From the NCBI GenBank assembly GCA_038087875.1, contig JAXLNO010000079.1, positions 1 through 64,000 on the forward strand: a DNA stretch of 64,000 nucleotides, given 5' to 3'. Positions within the stretch are counted from its first letter, which is position 1. Each line of letters begins with the position of its first letter. The notes beneath the pieces are model-generated. The model saw only the letters and a list, made by a program, of their open reading frames with translations. It made no database searches and had not been told where the DNA came from. Below, in pieces: positions 11,001 through 22,178 of the stretch. The translations under genes and the position numbers were made by a program. The stretch is from Malacoraja senta (lineage: Eukaryota).

Positions 11001-14000
11001 CTGTGAATTGTTTGCCCAAGCGGACTTGTATTATGCAAATCTGAGGAAGGACATTATAGCCATAGAGGGAGTGCAGAGAAGGTTCACCAGACTGATTCCT
11101 GGGATGTCAGGACTTTCATATGAAGAAAGACTGGATAGACTTGGCTTATACTCGCTAGAATTTAGGAGATTGAGAGGGGATCTTATAGAAACGTACAAAA
11201 TTCTTATGGGGTTGGACAGGCTAGATGCAGGAAGATTGTTCCCGATGTTGGGGAAGTCCAGGACAAGGGGTCACAGCTTAAGGATAAGGGGGAAATCCTT
11301 TAAGACCGAGATGAGGAAAATCTTTTTCACACAGAGAGTGGTGAATCTCTGGAACTCTCTGCCACAGAGGGTAGTTGAGGCCAGTTCATTGGCTATATTT
11401 AAGAGGGAGTTAGATGTGGCCCTTGTGGCTAAAGGGATCAGGGGGTATGGAGAGAAGGCAGGTACGGGATACTGAGTTGGATGATCAGCCATGATCATAT
11501 TGAATGGCGGTGCAGGCTTGAAGGGCCGAATGGCCTACTCCACCTATTTTCTATGTATCTATGCAGCGTGGTCAAATGTCATTAAATATTTTTGGAAAAC
11601 TAATTAACGATTCCTTTTCTACAGATAGGGATTGCAGAACGTTGTTTGCAAAGAATCTTCCATTCAAGATAACTCAGGATGACCTCAGAGAGATTTTTGA
11701 AGATGCTGTTGATATTAGGATTCCAGTTGCTCGTGATGGCTCGGGGACTCGTGGGTATGTTTTAACGTTGGTGACTGATTTATCTCTCCCCTTTTGGTTA
11801 AATGTGCTGCTTTATAAAACTGGTCTCTAATTGGCTATTTCCATTCTCCCATTTAGCATTGCATATATTGAATTTGAAACTGAAGCAGCTGCTGAAGTGG
11901 CATTGAAAGAGAAACAAGGCATGGATGTTGAGGGTCGGTCCATCGTTATTGACTTCACAGGCACCAAGAGTACATTTGCTGCAAAGAGTGTGCAAACGCG
12001 GCAAGGTATGATTTACAATATATAGGGTAAAGCTGTTCACGAGATGAGATTATGCTTTCTCCCTATAACCTTTGACACACGTACTAAAGACTTGTCCTGA
12101 ATTCTGTTTGGAGGTCTTTGATAGCTGGATATGATGAATCACCATCTGATCATTGTGATGAATTTGTGAAAAATTCCTCAGATAGTCAAGTACTGATCCA
12201 GCTCTTGGGAGTGGGAGAGCAGCAGAATCAAATAATAATGCTGAAAATCTTTACTTAACAAGATGATTGCATTGAAATGATAATTCTTTAAAGGACATAT
12301 GCACGGGTACAGCCTCATCTGCGTATTTCTGCTTTCAAATTTCCAGCATTTGTTTTGTATCTAAAGCTTGATGTTAATTTTGAATTGTAGGTTCTGATAC
12401 ACTCATGGTGAATAATTTGGCATATTCTGCCACTGAAATGTCCCTTCAGAATATTTTTGAGAAAGCATCACTGATCAAAATACCAGAGAAGAATGGCAAA
12501 CCAAAAGGGTAAGATTTTATTTTAATCTGCATGATTGGTGGCTTTTGGCCAATTACATTTAAGAGCAAGTTTGTCTAAAAGGAAACTGGGCATTGATAGC
12601 ATTGTTACAATGTTTGATCTCTTATTTCCTTCAGTTGGTCATTTCAAAAAGTAACATTCAAAGCTGTTAGATAACATTTCTGGTTGGGTTTAATTTTATA
12701 ACATTTGTTATGTTTATATATTTTTATCTTAGATTTGCAATTGTAAAGTTTGAATCCCCCGAAGACGCCAAAGAAGCTCTTGATAGTCACAACAATACAG
12801 AGGTTGAGGGGAGAACTGTGAGGTTAGAATTCTTCAACCAAGGGCAAAGAGGTGGTGATGGTCAGTAAAAGCGAGAATTCTTATCTTTTTCCTGTTTTTC
12901 AGCTGTTGATCAGTAGCTTTACTGTGCGATGCCTGCTAACGATGCCTGCTAATCATGTCACATTTTAGGACCCAGTAGGACCTTATTTATTCGTGGCCTT
13001 TCTGATGACACAACTGAAGACACGTTAAAAGAAGCCTTTGAAGGAGCTGAGAGTGCCAGAATTGTGACAGACAGAGATTCCGGAAGATCAAAAGGGTACT
13101 GCTTTTAAAATTATATTTTAGTTGCTTCTCATTGAGCTCCTTGCTGTCTTAATTAATGACAGTAGATGGATTCGCAAGAGAAGAAGATTAAAACACAGAC
13201 TGCCCTGGAGTTATTACTTTAAAGTGGTCAGAATGTGATACATTTTTTATGTAGAGTGATATTGTGGAATACATTAATTCTGGTAATTTCATTTGCATTG
13301 CTTTATGAATAAAATTAACCCTACTGCCTTTTTTAGTTTTGGCTTTGTAGACTTTGCATCTGAAGATGATGCAAAATCGGCTAGGGATATGATGGAAGAT
13401 GGAGAAATTGATGGATGCAAAATTATACTGGATTTTGCTCGGCCCAAGAATGAAAGCCAGCGAGGTGGTGGTGGTCGAGGTGGTGGTTTTGGTAGAGGAG
13501 GAAGAGGCCGTGGTGGATTTGGTGGCAGAGGGCGAGGTGGAGGTGGAGGTCGCGGTGGAGGTGGAGGTGGAGGTCGTGGTGGATTTGGAGGTAAGAAATT
13601 GTCAATTCATCAGCATAAATTATAAAGGATCACAATCTAAAGAGTTTGTTTCCTTGAATTCGGGCACTAACATCCTTTTGAAAGTTGCCATCTTGTGTTA
13701 AGATAACGCCATATCGACTCGTTCATTCAGATACCTCTGCCTTCTTGGTGCTATTTATTCCTGTCTGCCTAAACTGGGCTGGTTACATTTAACTTTCTTT
13801 ACCACATGACAGCCCTGTCCCAAACTTGTTTTAAAAATGTTTATTTTTCTAGTTTTCTGTTTATCAAATTCCCTGTTTTCATAATGGGTCAATTTCCTCT
13901 ATTTTGTACATCTATCTATCTATATCTATATAATATTAAAACTCTGTGTGTGTGTGTCTGCTTGACTTGTGCCAGCCAGCCCCTTTGATACCGCGCTACG

Positions 14001-14782
14001 CCAACACCGCACACAGAAACGCCGAGATTTTTTCCATTTCAGTAGAGATTTCATTTTTCTTTACGATTAGCCACTCCTGATTACATTTCGTCGTATTTCT
14101 GTACACATTTTTTAATAAAAATCCATCACCCCCCCCCACTCACTCATTTTGTCTCCTCCTGCTGGTCAGCCACCATAACGGCTGCTGCCGCCCGGCTCTG
14201 CTCCAAAAACGCAGACTTTTTTTTTTTCTTTCGCTGGCGATTTTCGCAGCTGCTGCCTGCCTCTCCTCCACTACCTCCACCCCTTCCCCCGGGTCGGCTC
14301 TCTCACGCTGGCTCAAGCGCCCGGCTCTCCTCCACTACCCTCTTCCCCCCCCCCCGGGCCGGCTCTCTCACGCTGGCTCAAGCCAAACATTGGCTCTTCC
14401 CCCTCTGCTTTTTGCGTCTTTCCGAGGACACCGAAAAGCAGCGGCGGAACAACCCATCTTTGCCTTCAGCCAGCGTCACAGAGCCGGCGCGTCAACGGCC
14501 TGTCGGCCCGCAGCCCCATTGAGGGCGTACGCGGCGTCTCAATGTCGTGCGCAGCGTTTTGACGGTGTCAAGACGCTGCGTACGACATCGAGACGCTGCG
14601 TACAGCCTTCCAGACGCTGAAGCACGTTCGGGAACCAGACCCCGGGGCCTGAAGCACGTTCGGGGACCAGACCCAACGGGTCTGCACTTGGTCTAGTTTG
14701 AAATTAAATCTATATTTCAATTGCAGGATTCAGAGGTGGAAAGATGGGTGGTCCTCAAGGAAAGAAAATAAAATTTGACTAG
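2056..14782 (+). CDS. NCL: Nucleolin, 15 coding exons, about 609 aa (acidic/basic N-terminus, bipartite NLS, 4 RRMs, RGG/GAR tail)
   Basis: Exons joined by GT-AG introns with consistent phases: 2056-2073, 2860-2955, 3767-3908, 4712-4815 (1 nt short), 7536-7706, 8697-8783, 9935-10058, 10446-10570, 11625-11754, 11857-12005, 12391-12508, 12733-12860, 12969-13095, 13337-13590, 14727-14782. Starts MVKLVK, ends PQGKKIKFD*, resembling vertebrate nucleolin termini; hosts the known NCL snoRNAs. Confidence 0.96.
2860..2955 (+). CDS. NCL: NCL exon 2 (AGKKQAKPKKAAPPPPPEDFEESSSEEESEEE)
   Basis: cag acceptor, gtaatt donor, phase 0-0. Confidence 0.9.
2973..3070 (-). mobile_element. Short Penelope-terminus-derived fold-back element with 16-bp TSD
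   Basis: Matches the terminal segment of the Penelope copies at 46-48 kb and 18.8-19.35 kb; flanked by taattgtaataattgt at 2957-2972 and 3071-3086. Confidence 0.75.
3425..3652 (-). mobile_element. tRNA-derived V-type SINE (HE1-like), degenerate
   Basis: Reverse complement resembles the SINE copies at 22320 and 54530. Confidence 0.6.
3767..3908 (+). CDS. NCL: NCL exon 3 (TP/K-rich and acidic tract)
   Basis: tttag acceptor, gtgagt donor, phase 0-1; ELPAAPVKKTATPTVKATP...SSEDDDDDEEDDES. Confidence 0.9.
4120..4625 (+). mobile_element. Degenerate CR1-type LINE fragment in NCL intron
   Basis: KFADNTK-like RT motif and 3' gttatggggagaaggcagg segment. Confidence 0.7.
4712..4815 (+). CDS. NCL: NCL exon 4 (acidic), with apparent 1-nt deletion
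   Basis: NAGNAG acceptor (4712 or 4715), gtaaat donor at 4816; EEESEEEKPVAKQAA and LIQKVADEEDDDDEEDDD lie in frames offset by 1 nt at 4759-4760. Confidence 0.7.
5828..6010 (+). mobile_element. Rex1/Babar-like LINE 3' coding remnant
   Basis: AQSITGSDLPTIEGMYRSRCLKKAANIIRDPHHPGH, same family as 41505-41985. Confidence 0.65.
7536..7706 (+). CDS. NCL: NCL exon 5 (long acidic tract)
   Basis: tttag acceptor, gtaagt donor, 171 nt, phase 1-1; SEEEEAMDTAPAPKVKK...DDDEEEED. Confidence 0.92.
8697..8783 (+). CDS. NCL: NCL exon 6 (bipartite NLS KRKK...KKQK)
   Basis: NAGNAG acceptor (8697/8700), gtgagt donor, phase 1-1. Confidence 0.9.
9788..9856 (+). ncRNA. SNORD82: Box C/D snoRNA U82
   Basis: Box C GTGATGA 9794-9800; guide AGGGACTTAAT 9809-9819 complementary to 18S AUUAAGUCCCU; D' CTGA 9821-9824; D CTGA 9848-9851; terminal stem gcaca/tgtgt; lies in the intron before RRM1, equivalent to mammalian intron 5. 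Confidence 0.9.
9935..10058 (+). CDS. NCL: NCL exon 7 (RRM1 first half, LFVGNL)
   Basis: RNP2 motif; phase 1-2. Confidence 0.93.
10446..10570 (+). CDS. NCL: NCL exon 8 (RRM1 second half, KFGYVDF)
   Basis: RNP1 motif; donor gtaatc at 10571 (in-phase alternative at 10580). Confidence 0.92.
11037..11563 (+). mobile_element. 5'-truncated young CR1-type LINE in NCL intron
   Basis: Open C-terminal ORF2 ([22 protein letters not shown]...GTGY*) and ctatgtatctatg tail. Confidence 0.9.
11625..11754 (+). CDS. NCL: NCL exon 9 (RRM2 first half)
   Basis: RTLFAKNLPFKITQDDLREIFEDA; phase 1-2. Confidence 0.93.
11857..12005 (+). CDS. NCL: NCL exon 10 (RRM2 second half)
   Basis: GIAYIEFETEAAAE...GRSIVIDFTG; phase 2-1. 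Confidence 0.93.
12125..12201 (+). ncRNA. SNORD20: Box C/D snoRNA U20
   Basis: Terminal stem agctgga/tccagct; box C ATGATGA 12131-12137; guide TTCCTC-AGATAGTCAAGT complementary to 18S ACUUGACUAUCU(A)GAGGAA; box D CTGA 12193-12196; overall resembles mammalian U20. Confidence 0.92.
12391..12508 (+). CDS. NCL: NCL exon 11 (RRM3 first half)
   Basis: TLMVNNLAYSATEMSLQNIFEKA; phase 1-2. Confidence 0.92.
12733..12860 (+). CDS. NCL: NCL exon 12 (RRM3 second half)
   Basis: GFAIVKFESPEDAKEALDSHNNTEVEGRTVRLEF; phase 2-1. Confidence 0.92.
12969..13095 (+). CDS. NCL: NCL exon 13 (RRM4 first half)
   Basis: PSRTLFIRGLSDDTTEDTLKEAFEG...RIVTDRDSGRSKG; phase 1-2. Confidence 0.93.
13124..13245 (+). ncRNA. 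SNORA75: H/ACA snoRNA U23
   Basis: 5' hairpin cttctcattgagctcc...ggattcgcaagagaag resembles mammalian U23; H box AGATTA 13185-13190; ACA 13240-13242; lies in the intron splitting RRM4, equivalent to mammalian intron 12. Confidence 0.88.
13337..13590 (+). CDS. NCL: NCL exon 14 (RRM4 second half and RGG/GAR domain)
   Basis: GFGFVDFASEDDAKSARDMMEDGEIDG...RGGGGRGGGFGRGGRGRGGFGG; phase 2-1. Confidence 0.95.
13911..14696 (+). mobile_element. Non-autonomous Helitron in last NCL intron
   Basis: A|TC 5' end (tctatctatc...tataatattaaaactc), subterminal hairpin cagaccc-aac-gggtctg 14668-14684, 3' CTAG|T, no TSD. Confidence 0.8.
14727..14782 (+). CDS. NCL: NCL last coding exon (GFRGGKMGGPQGKKIKFD*)
   Basis: ttgcag acceptor; TAG 14780-14782; candidate ATTAAA poly(A) signals at 15076, 15119 and 15131. 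Confidence 0.92.
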
Positions 14783-16943
14783 ACTGACAAGACTGCTATA
14801 CCATGTTCAGACAGAGCCTCTGATCCTCTCGATCGGACATTCCAGAGTTCTGCGTGGTCTCGAGAGCCCTGCAGTGGAGTGGTGGGAGCTCCATGTTTCT
14901 GAATGGACTTGCAATTGACAGAAATTGTTGGTACACCTTTGTGGATTTTTGTCAAATTTATTAAGTATTCTGTTTCACCAATGTGTAAATGTACTGTTCC
15001 CTATGATTTTTTTAGTTACAATGTAAATGCAAAATAATGTTTTAGAATGTTGTGATGGCATACTGTCTCCGATGGATTAAAAGATCTTATTTCATGTTTT
15101 TGGTTTTCAATAGTGCGCATTAAACTGGTTATTAAACTTTTTACAATACTTCAGTACTTCTAAAATACTTCGCCTAAAACGCCACCAAAGCTTTGCAGCT
15201 GGCACTTCCGTTTTCATACTGTGAATGGCAATGATTGAAGGAGATAACTTGTTTTGCAATTCAATTTTGGGCATTGTTGCAATTCAACAAGTAACTGGCC
15301 GACAACTGGTCTAATTCTCCATTTTTAAAATAGATAAATCCAGGGCCAGTGCACAGCTCTGCCAGGATTAACTAATTGGCACAACTCCAGATTAACGTTG
15401 CAGTCTTCCTGATGCGTTGCTTACCTGGCATTTTTAATTTTCTGGGGGAAAATTGCCAACCGGCCTTGGTTTTGTCAAATTATTTCATGTGCTTCCAACT
15501 TGACTAATGTATGGGGTAAGCAAGTGGCTTGGTGTTATTTTAGTCATACAGCACAGAAGCAGACCCAAGGTAGTCTTGTTTGGTCCATATCTCTCTAACT
15601 GTTCCTATCCATGTACATGCCCAACTGTCTTAAATATTTGTTGTACCTGCCTCAATTATGTTGCCATCAGGGTAATCCATCAGGCCCTATTTACAACACT
15701 CCAATTACAACACTCCTATTCATTTGGTAATGTAAAACTGGAAGCCAGGATTGAAGGTTGACCAAGTAAGTACTTGAATCAGTGGTTTTATAGGCATTAT
15801 TCATGATAGTCCAACATGCACCACAGTTAAAGCAATGGCTAATTCTTGCAGGAATGCTGAAATGGTCCTTTCCAACCAAGTAAATGCTTTATAAAGAATT
15901 CTGCTTAGAGTTTTTAAGTATTTATAATTATATTCCCATCTTATAGAAAGCAAGAGCACCTTGATTTTCTGTCTTTCAGATATGTGATGAGCTTTTCTAT
16001 GCTCCCTAGCATAAAGGGATAACTTTATATTGGGTTTTGTACCTTTGACTTTTCCATTTGTTTCATGTTGATACATTTGGGATTGTAGATTTGGGAGAGC
16101 TGTAGCTTGAGTCAACTGTATATACACGGATTTTTGAATTTTTACAAATTAAAGTATCCAAGGTGCAAGATTGTAGACTATTTTTTTTGAAAAGTGGAAT
16201 AAATGAACTTGCTTCCCTGTTGAATGTGCATTAGTCTTTTGTAAGCTGTGAAAAAAGCCCTTGAGGTTTGCCAGTTTGAGACTAATGTTAAGTATTTTTA
16301 ACGTGCTGTTTAACTGAGCATGGGTACAATTTGTTTTGGTTTTCTCGTTTCTCAGATCCTCAGCCATGGCAGGTAGATTCTGAGCAATTTAAGCTTGACC
16401 ACTGGTGGTGCTATAAATGTACATATTTCTATGTATACTATGGAGAAGAAAGTCAATTTTTTTGTTGAGAAGGTACTGCAGATGCTGATTGCCAAGGCAT
16501 GGTTGTGAATCATTTTTCAGGCTTTGTCCTGTCCCAAACTCTTACATGCTTTCCCATTCCCATCATAGTCGGTCTGAAGTAGAGGGTTTTGACCCAAAAA
16601 GTAATCTATCTGTTCTCCAGCAATGCTGTCTGACCAGCTGAGTTACTCCAGTGTCTAACGTGTCATAGCTTCTTTAAAGGACGAGATACATTTAAATCTG
16701 ATAGAGCTTTAAACTAAATAGTGAGCGTGAGGTCAACAAATTGGAAGTGTGGGTGGAGTTAAGGGAAAGTGCTGGAAAAGTTACAGAAGTCTCCAGAATT
16801 AATGGGACGGAAAGTTTAATAAGGGAGTACGGTCAGGAAAAAATCTGGACTATTTACTGTGCAATGAGCTGGATTTGATAAGTGAACTTGAGGTAAAGGA
16901 ACCACTGGGAGGTAATGACCACAATATAAGTTTTAATCTGTTA

Positions 16944-17438
16944 CTAGACCAAATGGGACCCGTTGGGTCCCTATCACACGGGAGGGCTGGTCCTCAAAAC
17001 ACAATATTCCACCACTCACCCATAGCCCTTAACTGCCCTCACCCTCCCTCTTCCTTCCCTTATCTTCTTCCATTCCCCCCTCCTCTTGACACTCTTCTCC
17101 ATCCCTGTCCTTTCCACTACCCTCAGTCTACCTCCCTTGACGTCATTGTGAGGTGGAAGCTGCTGTGATTTTGAAAACTTTAAAAAATGTAAATGAGATA
17201 CTGTTGTGGGGTGGGACACGGCTGACAGATTTTTTCAAAGTGGGGTTTGTAAAATTAGAATTCAATAACGTAAAATAAACCATCAATCTGAAAGAAACAT
17301 GAAACGCCACAGGATAATGGTGAGTGGGGTGGGGCAAAAATTGTAGCGCTATCGTGTACCATTTTGGCATAATTCAGGACATCACAAGCACATATACAGA
17401 CAGACAGAAACAAACAAGATGAGAGTTTTAGTAATATA
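16944..17438 (-). mobile_element. Non-autonomous Helitron
   Basis: Minus-strand 3' end gggacccaacgggtccc-atttggtCTAG; 5' end tatattactaaaactctc like the 13911 element. Confidence 0.7.
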
Positions 17439-18370
17439 CTAGAACACGTGCAGACCCGTTGGGTCTGCTTCCCCAACGCAATATTCCACCACTCACCCAT
17501 AGCCCCAACAGGCGCGACTGATAGGTTCCCGTTGTGACGCCCCTGATCCGTCCCTTACCCATCCCCCCCACTCCATCCATGCGGGTCTGGTATTTCGGCT
17601 TGCACAAATCTCAAAATGTTTTGGTCTTGGCTTACTCGCTTCGTCAAGCCACAGCGGACAGTGCAAATGAGGCAGGCCTCTCTTCCGATATTCAACAGTC
17701 AAGACGAAAGCTATACAGTTGCCAAAGAGGCCATGTGGTCTAGTGAGGTACTTGATGAATAACTTTCTTTTCAGATCGAATACTCTTGCAATCAAATGTG
17801 GTCTATCACACGACTGCTGATAGTGAAAGGCACTCGCATCTCACTCCACTTCGGATTTCAAGTCATGGTAATGAAGAATGAAGCATTGCCATACTTCCGT
17901 ATGTACATCCTGGCATCGTTCCATCATGTATCTCGGTGCACCGACAAATGTTGAGGAGAGCATGATGCACTTTCCGATGTTTTACAAATCATTATCGTTT
18001 AATGCATCCGTGAGGCCTCTGCATGTTGATGATCTCAACGATGCTTGAATCATGTGAATATAATTGAGCTATGTCTCAATCTTAGCTGCCATATCAACCA
18101 CATATTGTTGAAAGAGTCCTCTCAAAAGGTGGTTTCATTCATTATCATGATTCATGATCCTATATGCATAATATCGCATTGCTGTCAATTTCATACGGTT
18201 ACTCTTGGAGTTGGTGATGCCATCCATCATCTCCACGTGGAACGAAAAGGACGTATTAATAACTCACACGACCTGAAATTATTTTCAGGCCTCCTCTTTC
18301 TTTCAAGATGATGTTGCCTGAGGGTCATTATCTTTTGGTATTACAACGGCAACTTCGTTGGCAATTTGTG
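17439..18370 (-). mobile_element. Helitron remnant with Rep (HUH) fragments
   Basis: 3' hairpin gcagacccaacgggtctgc plus CTAG at 17439; ORF 17493-17795 has VEYRKRGLPHLHCPLWL (Helitron Rep motif EFQKRGLPHxH); far boundary approximate. Confidence 0.7.
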
Positions 18371-18375
18371 CATTA

Positions 18376-18812
18376 TAACATAGCAAAGATGAGCGGGAAG
18401 CCAAAGGATTGGTTAAATTTTAAAGAGCAACAGAGGATAACTAAAAAGGCAATACGGGGAGAAAAGATGAGGTACGAAGGTAAGCTAGCCAAGAATATAA
18501 AGAAGGCAAGTAAAAGCATCTTTAGGTATGTGAAGAGGCAAAAATTAGTTAAGACCAAAATTGGACCCTTGAAGACTGAAAAGGGTGAATTTATTATGGG
18601 GAACAAGGAAATGGCAGACGAGTTGAACAGGTACTTTGGATCAGTCGTCACTAAGGAGGACACAAACAATCTCCCTGATGTACTAGTGGCCAGAGGATCT
18701 TGGGTGACGGAGGAACTGAAGGAAATTCACGGGAGAGAGAAAACGGAATTATAGACCAGTTAGCAACATCGGTGGTGGGGAAGATGCTGCAGTCAATTAT
18801 AAAAGATGAAAT
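18376..18812 (+). mobile_element. CR1-type LINE internal fragment
   Basis: KSIFRYVKR...IMGNKEMADELNRYFGSV peptide of ORF2. Confidence 0.8.
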
Positions 18813-19353
18813 AGTGTCGCTTTACCTCCCCCCCCTCGACTCCATTCAAGGACCCAAGCAGTCGTTCCGGGTGCGACAGAGGTTTACCTGCATCTCCTCC
18901 AACCTCATCTATTGCATCTGCTGCTCTAGATGCCAGCTGATCTACATCGGTGAGACCAAGCGGCTCGGTCCTTAACCAACCTGAACTCCCCGTGGCTCAG
19001 CACTTCAACTCCCCCTCCCATTCCGAATCCAACCTTTCTGTCCTGGGTCTCCTCCATGGCCAGAGTGAGCACCACCGGAAATTGGAGGAGCAGCTTGCAC
19101 CCAGCGGCATAAACATTGACTTCTCCAATTTCCGGTAGCCCTTGCTGTCTCCTCCCCTTCTCGGCTCTCCCTCAGCCCTCGGGCTCCTCCTCTTCCTTTC
19201 TCCTTTCTTCTCCCCGACCCCACCCTACATCAGTCTGAAGAAGGCCCGAAACGTTGCCTATTTCCTTCGCTCCATAGATACTGCTGCACCCGCTGAGTTT
19301 CTCCGGAACTTTTGTCTACCTTCGATTTTTCCAGCATCTGCAGTTCCTTCTTA
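18813..19353 (+). mobile_element. Penelope-like element 3' fragment (GIY-YIG and terminal segment)
   Basis: NLIYCICCSRCQLIYIGETKR; hammerhead-like ctgaaga...gaaacgtt 19235-19255. Confidence 0.8.
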
Positions 19354-19659
19354 AACCCCAGAAGTCCTGCTTTTCAGTCTTCCTAACTCTCTAAACTCGT
19401 GTTGCAGAACCTCCTTCATCTTCTTCCCGACGTTGTTTGTGCCCACGTGCACAATTACTGCCGACTGTTCACCTTCCTTCTAAATTCAGTTCATGATATC
19501 ATGAACCCTGGCACCAAGGAGGCAACAGACCCTCAGCGGGTGAGGCAGCATCTATGTCTGAGTTTGACCCTTTTTCACACTCAAGCATTTCTCCAGCATT
19601 TTTGTCTACCGTTCTATAGATGCTGCCTCACCCACATTCACATGCAGATGGTGTGATAG

Positions 19660-22178
19660 GTGAGACACGGCAGTGGTCCCAGCACCGTCCCACCCCCTGT
19701 CGCTCTGTCCACACCGCATGGAGTTGATGAGGCGCGTGCACAGGGTCAGCAGAGTTTCCAAAATAAGCGAAGACGGCAGCTGCCAGATGGGTTATTCCTG
19801 GCAGTACGATTTGCTGCTCTGAGAGTTCTGAGTCTGACGGTGAGGCCGATACAAGGGAAGACGGCAGCTGCCAGATGTTTTATTCCTGGTAGTACGATTC
19901 GCTGCCCCGTCAGTCAAGCCACTGGAAAGGACGTGGTCTCTGTGATCAATTATTGTGTCTACCATCAGCTCTAGTAGTTTACGATGGATGAAAATGCCAA
20001 AAAAGCACGAGATCCCAAGGAACTGCGTATTGCTGAAAGTACTAGCAGTGAACCAAGATAAAGGGGTCAGATGGGCGAAGGCATGTAAGCCTAAGGAAAG
20101 TAAACTGCAGAGAATATTGAAGCTGCTCGGTTGATGAACAACTGCAATTTGCAAAACAATGGATGGAGGCCATGGATGGAGATGCATCAAGTGGCACTAA
20201 GGTTGCTATGTAGCGCCCACTTCAAGATGAATTGTTTCAAGAAGTATGCCATTCGGTCCACCATCAACCCAAAGTTGCAGCAACTCTGTAAAGCCCAGCA
20301 ATGTGCAGTCATTCAACTTATTCTTCAGAGAAAAAACCTCATGAATCGTGGGAAAGAGTTGGATAATGAGGCAAAAACAGCAAAGTTGATCACAACATCA
20401 ATGGTCGTCAAGTCTGCAAAGAGGACGTATCCTTTCAGACATCATACAAAATCCCGGACCGACATCAGGAGCAAATCGACCATTGAAGCAGGTACTCAGT
20501 TGATGTCCTGAAGCAGGAGCCAGGAACCACAGGTCACTCAGATGACAAAGGAGGTAGGTGAACCTGGTTCTTATGGGAACATATTAAGGCATAAACAGCC
20601 AAATATTGGAAGCAAATTACTTCAGTTATTATTCTGAGTATTATAGAAAGGTTTCTAATTGATTCGATTCAAATACTGATTTGCCATCCAGCATGTTCCA
20701 AGCAGAACACTCCAATTTCACATAAAAATAATTGATGGAGGTTCAAGCTGAATTGAAAACTTGTTTATAAACAAGTAATTGAAAGGTCGGTTTATCAAAA
20801 CCACCAAATTGTGTTTAAAATTTCTCAACCTAAAAAGGTGAGGAGTATTTTAGATCTGACAAGTTTTTAAAAATGTTGTGAAGTATAGACACTTCAAAAT
20901 AGAGACTTTGAGACTGCCAAACAAATTATTTCAAAAAAGATGTTTTGTGGCACATAGATCTGAAAGATGTATATTACTTAATGTTTGTTCATTTATAAGA
21001 TAAAATTATCTAAAGGAACAATTATGGCAATTCAAAGTTCTGTCTAACGTTCTTTTATTTCCAGATTATTAAAAGGAATTTTAATTCCAGACCTTCTAAA
21101 ACTAGGAGGGAATCTGGAATATAGAATTGTTTTAAGCTACTTCAGCAAAGGAGTCTTGGTACGATTCTGATTTGGCCAAGTTCAGCATGAAGGTACTCAT
21201 GTTTATGGCACTTGTAACATTACAAAGGTACAGATTCACAGAAGTACCTCAGGATTATGTTATGTTTTACATTTGATGACCTACTCAAATTAAGTAGGAT
21301 CAGGTGTGATAAGATTCAAGAGTGTTTATTAGCATATTCTATGGATCCATATCTATATGTTAAGACATATTTGTTGCAATACATTGAGGCTACAAAGGTC
21401 TTATGAAATATGAAAACAAGATTGTTTATCATTCATGAAAAACCATACAAGATAGTGTCAGTTCAGACTATTTTAAGATGGTTAAAAAAATGGTTGCTGC
21501 AGGTGTGAACATTGATGGTTTTACATTCCATTCAGTTTAGCAGCAACATTGACGACCAGGGCGAAGGACGTCCCGTCGACCATATTTTCACAGTTTCAAC
21601 ACTTTTACCATCGGCCTATTGCCAATACGGGGCTGTTTGCAGATACTATATTAAGTTCTGCTTAAATTTCCCTGGGTTAAAGGGGATACTGTTAATTATT
21701 TTATTCAAATAAATGAATTACTGCATTTGTCAGGCAAATGTTATTATTAATGCATTATTGATTATTTCTCATTCCGAGTCAATCAATGCAGTGAGAAGCC
21801 GGGATTTGTCTGCGGCATGAAATCACAAAGCTTTAAAATCTTCACGTAGTCACTCATGTGACTCCGAAGTAAAATAGTAAGATTAAACGAGAACTTACCT
21901 AAGTTTGAAGTTTGATCTTTATTTTATGAGGAGTTACGTTGGTGATTACGTGCCCACCATGGCCCAACCCTCTATCATAAAGGTCAGATGGAAGTTCTTG
22001 TATTACTCGTTTTATTATGGTACTATATTACTTCGCTTGTTGTTTTTTGTGATTTCACACCGCTGCTTTGAAGATTGACGCGCAGGCGCACTGGCGGGGT
22101 TCTTCACGTAATCACCAACGTAACTCCTCATAAAATAAAGATCAAACTTAGGTAAGTTCTCGTTTTAATCTTACTATT
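19660..22178 (+). mobile_element. Degenerate DIRS1-type element (left end missing)
   Basis: gag remnants (EIPRNCVLLKV.AVN), RT remnants (ILDL, RHFKIE, IDLKD.YY at about 20840-20980), YR remnants, ICR at about 21838-21952, right terminus ending cttactATT 22178; left boundary approximate. Confidence 0.8.
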
